Position numbers and translations under genes: made by a program. The notes beneath the pieces are model-generated. The model made no database searches and was not told the origin of the DNA. It was given only the letters and a program-made list of their open reading frames with translations. This document shows, one piece after another, positions 15,979 to 23,779 of a stretch of 32,000 nt of DNA. Source of the stretch: Acaryochloris marina S15 (GTDB taxonomy: Bacteria > Cyanobacteriota > Cyanobacteriia > Thermosynechococcales > Thermosynechococcaceae); the NCBI RefSeq assembly GCF_018336915.1, contig NZ_CP064923.1, positions 450,001-482,000 of the forward strand, written 5' to 3'. Numbering within the stretch: the first letter of the stretch is position 1; every line of letters starts with the position of its first letter.

Positions 15979-18305
15979 GGTTGAGTGGTGGAAGCCAACA
16001 CCCGTTGAATTTGGCAAGGCGCATTCATCGTCGTAAATAGCTGGGTGGCTTGGTGGAACATTGGGTCGCGATCGCCCATTTGATTCATGGTCTGATACGT
16101 CAACCCCAACTGAAAATAAGCTTCTGCCAAGTCACAGGTGGCATTGAGGGGTTTGAGCAGCAAAATCGCTTGGTCATGATCCGCCACTGCAGGGGTAAAT
16201 TTACCTTGAAGCCGGTGAATGACAGCCCGTCCCGTTAAGGTTCGGGCTTGGATATGGGGATAATGGCTGGCTTCTGCCACGGTTAGGGCCTGGTCAAACA
16301 AGGCATGGGCTGAGGGCAGGTCCCCAAGGGCGGTATAGGTTTGGCCCAGGAGCTGCATAAAGTAGGCCAGTCGGGCGGCTTGCTCTGTTTCTGGTAGGCG
16401 TTCTCCCCAGGTTTGGGTGGCTAACTGTTGAGCCTGATCTGTCTTGCCGAGGTGAGTCAGCACGAGGGCTAAACAAATGGAGGCTTTCGGCACCCAACGA
16501 TCCTGATCGGTGTGGGTGGCCAGCTCGATCACCTGCTGAAAGCATTGGGCGGACTGCTCTAATTCCCATAAATCTAGGTAGTACAACCCTAAACTTAAGC
16601 GAGAATCGAGGACTTGAATTTGAAAATGACGATGGTGACGAGGATCTAGGTCTGGTGCTGCTAGAGCCTGGGTAGACAGGCTGAGGGAGTCCTTTTGCAA
16701 GGCTATCCCTTGGCGAATCTGGCCCGTGCTCCAATAGTAGTCCGCCAGAATATTTTGGAGTTCGCAATAGCTGCGATCGCAAGGCAGATGCGTCATCAAC
16801 GACGGTAACTCTCCTAGCAAGGACTGGTGTAACCCCATTCGATAGAGACTACTGCCCAGAGACAAATACTGCTGCCACTGGTTTTGGCGCACCTGGAGCA
16901 GCACTGCTGCTGCCTGGGGATAGTCTTGAATGGCTTTGTAGTGATAAAAGGCTTCTAGGGCCTGCAGGGCCTCTTGGGTGGTGGTCAGAGTCTGGACGCT
17001 GTTGGACCAGTATTGGGCGGCCTGGTGGTGGGCCTGGTGCCAGTCTGGACTGGACTGCAGACGGGCAATCGCGGCAGCTCGGGTGACGGGATGCAGCCAA
17101 TATCGACCTTGACGGCACTCTACTAAAGACCGATTTTGTAGAGACATCAGACTGGCTCGTCGTTTGGTCTCCGGTACTTCCCAGAGCAGGGCCAAGACAC
17201 CTGCTCGGGGGAGGGTGGCGAGGGTCTGGTACCGATAACAGCCCAACCGACAAAATAACCGATAGGCCTGGGGGTCCAGGTTTTGGAGACGGTCAATTTG
17301 GTTATTGATGAGGTTGTGTAAATCCGCCGCTACCAGTAAATCCTGCTGTTGATCTTGCCAAAAGGCTGCCGCATCTCCACCAAAGTCGGACCGGATCGAC
17401 CCGCAGAGCAGGGTCATGGCCTTAGCGTTGCCGCCATAGGCCCGATGCATTTTCTCCAGTAGCTTCAGATCGAGGGTTAGCTCCTGGAGTTGGAAATACT
17501 CCTGCCAAGCCTCTTTGTCTAAGCCTGAGAGGCGATAATGCTGGAGGTTGAGGCTGGCTTCACAAATGCGATCGCGGCTCGTAACCAAAGTCAGTCCCAG
17601 ATTGCGAGGGTCGGTGAGGACTCGAAATAGCTCCACATACCGGCGATGCTCAGCAATGAGCAAGCCTTGCTGATCTAAAGCGGGCTCCAGATTATCCACC
17701 AGAACCCCAATGGGGCGCTGATGGAGATGGCGTTTTAAGCGATCCAGACTAATGCCAAATTCTAGTCCTGGATCTTCTTGTAAATCTCGCGTTAACCATT
17801 CTTCCACCACCCGCTGGGCTGAGGTGATAGTGTCGGGTTCTTTCGCCATCAACAACTCTAGGACGATTTCAAAACCCTGGCTCTGGAGATATTGTTGGGC
17901 CAAGGTCGTTTTACCCAGCCCTCCTTCCCCTTGGATGGCAATGGCCGTTGCCCCTTGCTGGTTGAGGTGGTTGAGGTGGCTGATCGCCTGATGTCGCCCC
18001 ACGAAGTCGGGTCGGTAAGTCTCTATAGGAGGGGAAGAGGAAGCCTCACTCCTATGGTTTGTCAAAACATGGCGCAGGTTCTTTTTCGTGATTTTCTCGC
18101 CCATGACCTGGGACAAGAGTTTCCACAAATCTGACCCCACATCTTTGGCATGGCCTTCCGTACAGCCATAGGTATCGGCGATGTCGAAATATTTTTGTCC
18201 TAGCCAAACCTGTTTCAGAATTGTTTGCTGTAATTCGCTCAGACCTTCACCCGTTTGGGCAATCACAAGCTGTTCAATCTGTCTCAGGGCCTGATCTGCA
18301 TCCAT
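15975..18305 (-). CDS. STAND NTPase: N-terminal LuxR/sigma70-region-4-like HTH, NB-ARC ATPase and TPR-like repeats
   Basis: The 776-aa ORF has an N-terminal LSELQQTILKQVWLGQKYFDIADTYGCTEGHAKDVGSDLWKLL segment. NB-ARC motifs are Walker A QGEGGLGKTTLAQ and Walker B GVLVDNLE. The C-terminal half consists of helical TPR-like repeats (AxxYxxxAxxxxGxxxxA patterns). Confidence 0.8.
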   Translation of the reverse strand: MDADQALRQIEQLVIAQTGEGLSELQQTILKQVWLGQKYFDIADTYGCTEGHAKDVGSDLWKLLSQVMGEKITKKNLRHVLTNHRSEASSSPPIETYRPDFVGRHQAISHLNHLNQQGATAIAIQGEGGLGKTTLAQQYLQSQGFEIVLELLMAKEPDTITSAQRVVEEWLTRDLQEDPGLEFGISLDRLKRHLHQRPIGVLVDNLEPALDQQGLLIAEHRRYVELFRVLTDPRNLGLTLVTSRDRICEASLNLQHYRLSGLDKEAWQEYFQLQELTLDLKLLEKMHRAYGGNAKAMTLLCGSIRSDFGGDAAAFWQDQQQDLLVAADLHNLINNQIDRLQNLDPQAYRLFCRLGCYRYQTLATLPRAGVLALLWEVPETKRRASLMSLQNRSLVECRQGRYWLHPVTRAAAIARLQSSPDWHQAHHQAAQYWSNSVQTLTTTQEALQALEAFYHYKAIQDYPQAAAVLLQVRQNQWQQYLSLGSSLYRMGLHQSLLGELPSLMTHLPCDRSYCELQNILADYYWSTGQIRQGIALQKDSLSLSTQALAAPDLDPRHHRHFQIQVLDSRLSLGLYYLDLWELEQSAQCFQQVIELATHTDQDRWVPKASICLALVLTHLGKTDQAQQLATQTWGERLPETEQAARLAYFMQLLGQTYTALGDLPSAHALFDQALTVAEASHYPHIQARTLTGRAVIHRLQGKFTPAVADHDQAILLLKPLNATCDLAEAYFQLGLTYQTMNQMGDRDPMFHQATQLFTTMNAPCQIQRVLASTTQP

Positions 18306-18373
18306 GCTTGAGCAAATGGTTTTTCCTTGACCTCTAGTCTAGCCCAGCCCTAACCGGGGATAGATAGGAAAAA

Positions 18374-18406
18374 CCCCACCGGTACTATGGCTAAAAACCG
18401 GTGGGG
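18374..18406 (-). terminator. Rho-independent terminator (minus strand)
   Basis: On the minus strand the sequence reads CCCCACCGGT-13 nt loop-ACCGGTGGGG followed by TTTTT. It lies 68 nt upstream of the TPR-STAND start codon and about 440 nt downstream of the piuC-like stop. Confidence 0.6.
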
Positions 18407-18845
18407 AAATGGTATCTGCTGTGAAAAAACGAGGGAATGACTCTAGATTCAGTTAGGTATGAACATCTTGACTCAACATCAATCGAGCGCCTGGCTTTGC
18501 CTGTCTTGGGATTCACCCGCATGCCCGGAATTAAGGCATGCGGGTGAGGCTGTGGCCCACACTGCTCAAGGATCCAGCTTGAGTAGATATTCGGTCCAGC
18601 TCTCCGTGCTGGTTGGCGTAAGCGGAGAAGCAGTCGACAACATGGGGATGAAGGGAATGGCAATCAGCCGAACCCTCTTGGTGATTGATACCTAAAGAGT
18701 AATGGCTGGAGACATCTCCTTATTTATTAGTATTCCAGCCTCAAGTTTGAGAACGCGATGATGCTAGCGTTTGCCTTGTATAACCTGGGGTATAAGTTTT
18801 CTAATATTTGTAAAAAAGGCTAGAACTTCAAAAAAATCACGCCAT

Positions 18846-19505
18846 TTACTCTGCCCATTGGCGAAGTAGGTTGGCATGGCTTTTGGAAATCAGGTCAAAT
18901 TCCGGGGTTTTACCGTGGGTGGCGAACAGAGAGCGTCGAGCCGTATCCAAATCAAATAATAGCTCTCGTTGTTGGGCATTGCGAACCAGACTCTGTACCC
19001 ATCCCACTGCCACTAAGCGGGTCCCAGAGGTGACCGTTTCGACCCGGTGAATGGTGGAAGAAGGATATGCGATCGCAGATCCAGCTGCCAATTTATAGGT
19101 GTGAACCCCATCGGCTAATTCCACGCAAAGTTCTCCCCCTTCATAGTCATCGGGAGAATTGAGAAAAAGGGTAAAAGAAACATCGGAGCGAGCCCCGCCC
19201 ATAAAAGCATTATCCACATGGTCCCCGTAGGACATGCCTTCTTGGTAGCGACTAAACAGCAGGGTATGCAGGGAACGAGGTTGAAGCGCCACCTTAAATA
19301 AAGGATGACGCAGGAGGGCTGACTTCACCCGCTCTTTCAGATCCACAGTGCAATCTGCTTTACCCGCAAGCTGGGTATTATTTTTGACTAATTTGGCATA
19401 CCAACCCGCCGTGGTTTTACCATCTACGAATTCTGCTGTTGTCAGCAAATCCGTTATTTCGGCTAATGCTTCGGCGGTCAGCACCTCGTCAATCGTCAAG
19501 ATCAT
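18846..19505 (-). CDS. PKHD-type Fe(II)/2-oxoglutarate hydroxylase (PiuC/YbiX family)
   Basis: The N-terminal FVDGKTTAG...VKNNTQL segment fits this family. The HxD iron ligands are in YGDHVDNA and the distal His is in [15 protein letters not shown]. Its start overlaps the prfB stop in ATGA. Confidence 0.8.
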   Translation of the reverse strand: MILTIDEVLTAEALAEITDLLTTAEFVDGKTTAGWYAKLVKNNTQLAGKADCTVDLKERVKSALLRHPLFKVALQPRSLHTLLFSRYQEGMSYGDHVDNAFMGGARSDVSFTLFLNSPDDYEGGELCVELADGVHTYKLAAGSAIAYPSSTIHRVETVTSGTRLVAVGWVQSLVRNAQQRELLFDLDTARRSLFATHGKTPEFDLISKSHANLLRQWAE

Positions 19506-20612
19506 GAGGCGATTTGATTCTCCTGACGCAAGTACGCCTCAATAAAGTTATCCAGGGCACCATCCATAACATTCTCAATGGCAGTGGTTTCTTGGTTGGT
19601 TCTTAAGTCCTTCACCATTTGGTAGGGATGAAACACATAGTTACGAATCTGGTTGCCCCAGGCTGCTTCCACTATATCGCCCCGAATATCGGCAATCTCT
19701 TTTGCCTTTTGTTCTTGGGCAATTACCAACAGCTTGGCTTTCAGCAATGCCATCGCTTTTTCCTTGTTTTGCAGTTGCGATCGCTCTTGGGTACAGCGCA
19801 CCGCTAGTCCCGTTGGCACATGAACAATCCGCACCGCCGTTTCCACTTTGTTGACGTTTTGGCCTCCCTTGCCTCCAGACCGAGAGGTGGAAATTTCCAA
19901 ATCGGTATCGGGAATATCGAGTTCCACTTCATGATCGAGTTGGGGCATTATTTCTACCCCGGCAAAACTGGTTTGGCGTTTGCCATTGGCATTAAACGGA
20001 GAAATGCGGACTAATCGGTGAGTGCCCTTCTCTGCTTTTAAGTAGCCATAGGCATAGCGCCCTTCCACTTCCAGGGTTGCTGATTTAATACCCGCTTCAT
20101 CCCCTTCCGAGAGTTCCGCCAGGCGCACCTTATAGCCTTGGCGTTCTGACCAGCGGGTATACATGCGCAGCAGCATTTCAGCCCAATCTTGGGCATCCGT
20201 CCCACCGGCCCCAGTATTGATCGTCAGGACAGCCCCCACCTTGTCATAGGGACCCGATAGGAGCTGCTGCAATTCCCATTGATCGAGCTGTTGCGTGAGC
20301 TGCTGCAGATTCCCTTCAGCTTCTTTTAAAAGGGCCGTGTCTTCTTCGAGCTGCAGCAATTCGACTAAAGCTTCGGCATCTTCTAGGGTGCCTTGCCAGT
20401 CTTGAAGTTGGGTCAGGTGGGCCTTGAGATCATTGAGATCTTGCAAAACCTTCTGGGCTTTCTCCTGTTCATCCCAGAACTCCGGCTGAGCCGCTAGTTG
20501 TTCAAGATCGTTGATTTGAGCATTGAGGGCAGGCAGGTCAAAGATACTCCTGAGTTTTACCCAGGCGATCAGATAACTGTTCGACTTCTCGCTTTAGCTC
20601 TAACACTTCCAT
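19502..20612 (-). CDS. prfB: Peptide chain release factor 2, with programmed +1 frameshift
   Basis: ORF0 runs from ATG 20612 for 24 codons ([24 protein letters not shown]) to an in-frame TGA at 20540-20538. The +1 frame continues DLPALNAQ... into the 314-aa track ORF. The SPF tripeptide (RISPFNA) and GGQ motif (GGKGGQNVN) are both present. Confidence 0.92.
20537..20551 (-). promoter_or_regulatory. prfB: RF2 autoregulatory +1 frameshift site
   Basis: The minus strand reads AGGAGTATCTTTGAC. An internal SD-like AGGAG sits 3 nt before the CTT TGA C slippery/stop context, as in the classical prfB site. Confidence 0.9.
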
Positions 20613-20840
20613 AGCCAAGTTGTACCCAAAACACATTCATGATTGTAGTGGATTCATCCCGCAGTTAACCGGAAGCTCGGACCCAGCTCATCCAGATCCC
20701 TCCCCACCTTGGCAGCAACCAACGTTTAAGACATGATGAGGGTTAAAGCTTCAGTATCTTTGCCGGAGCGCTCGTCTTATTTTTCAAGTGATGTTGGCCA
20801 GAACCATGACATTCTCTGGTCACCAGGAGTGCAAGTTTCC

Positions 20841-21635
20841 ATGAAAATCATTGGCATCATTCTGATTGTTATCAGTATTATTCTGTTTTTCGTCTACTCC
20901 AATCTCAAGCGCAAACTAGCCAGTCTGCGCCAAGCTCGACCTGCTAGCGTTGCTGAGCTAAATCATTTGGCTAGCGAGATTGCCCTAGAGATGGGTTCGG
21001 GTAGTTGGCGAGATTATGTCAAATTGAGGGGCACGATCCAATGTGACCAGCCTCTCGTATCTGAACTGAAGCAAGCACCTTGTGTGCATTACCAAATGAC
21101 GATTGTTCGGGAGTATGAAGAACAGGTCACTGAACGAGACAGTGATGACAATGAGGTCACCAAGACCCAACGTGGATCTGAAACACTCTCTCAAAATCGC
21201 CAGTCCGTACCGTTTTTCTTGCAAGATGATACCGGTGAAATTTGGGTAGAGCCTGAAGGAGCCCAAATTGAAACGGTGCGGGTGTTGGATGAATTTAGTC
21301 CAGAACAGCCTTCAGGGGGCCAGCTTTCTTTTGGAGGCTTTTCCCTGGCACTCAGCAGTGTAGAGACCGGTCGCCAGACCATCGGCTATCGCTATCAAGA
21401 ATCGATATTGCCCGTGCAACGTCAGGTGTTCGTGGTGGCCCAGGTGAGCGATTTTAATCAAAGTCTAGTCCTAGAGAATCCAACTACTAAAGGACAACGG
21501 TTTGTCATTTCCCTCAAATCAGAAGAAGCCTTAGCCCAAACCACACAGACCTCTGTTACCTATGCGCTGTATGGCATGCTTTCTACTCTCGGTGTTGGAG
21601 TGCTTCTACTGGTGCTAGGCGTCCTTTCTGCTTAG
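20841..21635 (+). CDS. GIDE-domain membrane protein (bacterial homologue of the MUL1/GIDE domain, no RING)
   Basis: The preferred start is ATG 20841 (MKIIGIILIV..., AGGAG 11 nt upstream); the track ORF begins at 20733. It has an N-terminal TM helix and a C-terminal TM helix. The central region (VKLRGTIQCDQPLVSELKQAPCVHYQMTIVREYEE...SVPFFLQDDTGEIWVEPEGAQIE) matches my recollection of Pfam GIDE. Confidence 0.6.
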   Translation: MKIIGIILIVISIILFFVYSNLKRKLASLRQARPASVAELNHLASEIALEMGSGSWRDYVKLRGTIQCDQPLVSELKQAPCVHYQMTIVREYEEQVTERDSDDNEVTKTQRGSETLSQNRQSVPFFLQDDTGEIWVEPEGAQIETVRVLDEFSPEQPSGGQLSFGGFSLALSSVETGRQTIGYRYQESILPVQRQVFVVAQVSDFNQSLVLENPTTKGQRFVISLKSEEALAQTTQTSVTYALYGMLSTLGVGVLLLVLGVLSA

Positions 21636-21866
21636 GAAATAGCATTGACTCTTAAGCAACACTTCATTATGCAGATTTGGAGGAATAACAGAGAAGGTTA
21701 TAAGCCTATATCAGACGATAACCGAACGGCACTCAGGAAAGTTTGAGCACCTGCTGTCACAGAATGCATGGGTAAACCCCTTTTCTGACCAAGCACTTTA
21801 TGGGTCCAACCTGCTCAATCAATTCGACTAGCAGCCAGTTTTGATAAAAGGTATGGAAACGGGGCC

Positions 21867-22613
21867 TTACCGGCCACCTTCTTGGAGAATGACGCGATTG
21901 CCACCTGCTCTTTGGGCTTGGCGGAGGGATTGCTCAGCGGCAGCGATGAAATTGACTGGGGATAATTTAGGAGTTGGCACAATCGTCGCAATTCCCAAGC
22001 TTAAGGTAATGGCTTGATCTGGTATGGGAGAAGCCGGATTCTCTTTTAAAGCTTTGACCCGGAGTCGAATTTTCTTGGCGATACAGGCTGCTTCATCAAT
22101 AGAGGTTTGGGGGAGTAAGACCGCAAAGGTATCGCCATGGTAGCGGGCCAACATATCTGTAGAACGCTCAATATTGGCTTGAATGACTTTAATCACTTGG
22201 CCAATATAGGTGTTGCAGGCTGAGTCACCATATTGTCGGTGCAAGCGATCAAAATCATCCACTTCACATAGAAACAGTGATAAAGGTTGCCGGTCTTGCT
22301 CCAAGCGCTGCCAAACGCTATCTATGCGGGTATCAAAATGAGAACGAAGTGAGACTTGTACAACACTTTTTCGAGTCCATCGCTGCTTTATTTGCCGGTA
22401 CAGACCGGTGGGCTGAAGCCTCTGCCAAAATCTCAGGGTAAACGCTTTTAATTGCAAAGACTTGGGCTGTTTTAAGGGTTCAAATGAATCTGCTGGTTCT
22501 GACAAATCACCTGAATAAAAAGGAGGTTGAAAAGACACACTGGTACTCCGTAGATCTGATCGAAGCTGAATCGTCAACTTCCTCACCATCTGGATATAAG
22601 GATAACCAGGCAT
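21867..22613 (-). CDS. GGDEF-domain protein with a degenerate active site (HGDTF)
   Basis: GGDEF-fold landmarks are VDDFDRLHRQYGD, RSTD-MLARY-HGDTF-AVLLP and ITLSLGIA. The N-terminal ~110 aa carry no recognisable sensor domain. Confidence 0.75.
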   Translation of the reverse strand: MPGYPYIQMVRKLTIQLRSDLRSTSVSFQPPFYSGDLSEPADSFEPLKQPKSLQLKAFTLRFWQRLQPTGLYRQIKQRWTRKSVVQVSLRSHFDTRIDSVWQRLEQDRQPLSLFLCEVDDFDRLHRQYGDSACNTYIGQVIKVIQANIERSTDMLARYHGDTFAVLLPQTSIDEAACIAKKIRLRVKALKENPASPIPDQAITLSLGIATIVPTPKLSPVNFIAAAEQSLRQAQRAGGNRVILQEGGR

Positions 22614-23310
22614 CTTTTTGCAAGGAAAGCCTAGTATCTATGACCCCTCTCCCCTAAGGTCATATCGTCAGTTGACTTGCAGTTTGCAATATCAACTTGC
22701 ACTTACAGATTGAGGAAGAACCGACTCTAAGCGGTCCAAAAGCTATAGACAATGGCTATTTTGAAGCTAGGAACACACTATTATGACTGAAAATGCAAAT
22801 CTATCTTAGCGCAACAATGAGTGAAGTTTGATAATTCCTGTGACAAAAGTTTTTGATGGCGAATCTTGTTCATTTTAGTAAAAAACACGGGTCTTAGGAG
22901 GATTGAATCCCTTTGATTTCGTCTTGAAGTATTTTGTACTACAATTAATTATGATTGTCTTAATCTTTGGAAATTCAGCTTCGTTATTCACCAATATGCC
23001 CATATCATTCTCAAAAATTAAGCAAGAGGATAGTAATAGGCTGAAAAATCCTAATATTCAGGGTTAATGGCTATTCGAGGCCTTCTGGTATTACTAGTTA
23101 AAGATAGCTAGCTCATCAGATTTGGGTCACTGATCCAGAGACTGCATAGCTATGCGTTGATGACATGGATAGCTGTAGTGACTCTCACCCTATAAAGCTA
23201 ATAAAATGCCTTTAATATAGAAAATTCTCAATATTTTCAGCTCAAGGCGCATCCATTTCAATCATTAGCCTGAGTTCGCAGGAAATAGAAGACTCAATAA
23301 GTAGAAAAAG

Positions 23311-23760
23311 ATGGCAATTTACTTCTATTCAAATAGAGAAAAACCCTATGGCTGTTTTTCTAACTTTTCAGCCCATGGGGTGATGTTGGATGGTGTTTGG
23401 TGGCCTACGAGTGAACATTATTTCCAAGCGCAAAAATTTGTCGGTACTCCCCATGCCGACCAGATACGCCAGGTGAAATTGCCGAAGGATGCGGCGCGTC
23501 TAGGACGACAACGCACACGGCCCCTACGGTCTGACTGGGAACAGGTCAAAGATGATGTTATGCGTAAGGCGGTGCTCTGTAAATTTGAAACCCATGCCGA
23601 TATCCGAGCCGTTTTGTTATCTACGGGGAATCAAGACTTAGTGGAAAATGCCCCTGGAGATTATTACTGGGGCAGTGGACAGGATGGTACTGGCCAAAAT
23701 AAGTTAGGGAAGATTTTGATGGAAGTGCGAGACACATTGCAATTGGGCGATAGCAACTAG
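23311..23760 (+). CDS. NADAR (YbiA/DUF1768) family protein
   Basis: The pattern FYSNREKPYGCFSNFSAHGVMLDGVWWPTSEHYFQAQKF ... YWGSGQDGTGQNKLGKILMEVR is the characteristic NADAR domain. Confidence 0.8.
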   Translation: MAIYFYSNREKPYGCFSNFSAHGVMLDGVWWPTSEHYFQAQKFVGTPHADQIRQVKLPKDAARLGRQRTRPLRSDWEQVKDDVMRKAVLCKFETHADIRAVLLSTGNQDLVENAPGDYYWGSGQDGTGQNKLGKILMEVRDTLQLGDSN

Positions 23761-23779
23761 CTCTAGGTTGATAACATCC

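Noticed and set aside
16294-17253. Two same-strand alternative-frame ORFs (162 and 134 aa) within the STAND-TPR gene
   Set aside because: Their Arg/Pro/Ser-rich products are typical of out-of-frame reading of a GC-balanced gene. The 776-aa frame carries all the recognisable motifs.
18391-18695. 90-aa (minus, TTG start) and 78-aa (plus) ORFs in the piuC/STAND-TPR gap
   Set aside because: They have no SD and no recognisable motifs, and they overlap each other on opposite strands. The region is better treated as non-coding or structured RNA until there is expression data.
18410-18800. Possible known RNA (RNase P RNA, tmRNA, SRP RNA, 6S) or known riboswitch (cobalamin, TPP, glutamine, ZTP) in the gap
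   Set aside because: The diagnostic cores are absent on both strands: GGAAAGUCCGG for RNase P, the GGGGCUG 5' end and ...CCACCA 3' end for tmRNA, the B12 box GCCACUG context, and CUGAGA for TPP. Only an Rfam/Infernal scan could settle this.
20733-20840. 36-codon N-terminal extension of the GIDE-domain ORF
   Set aside because: Family members, as I recall them, start directly with the TM helix. ATG 20841 has an AGGAG upstream. The longer form cannot be excluded without data.
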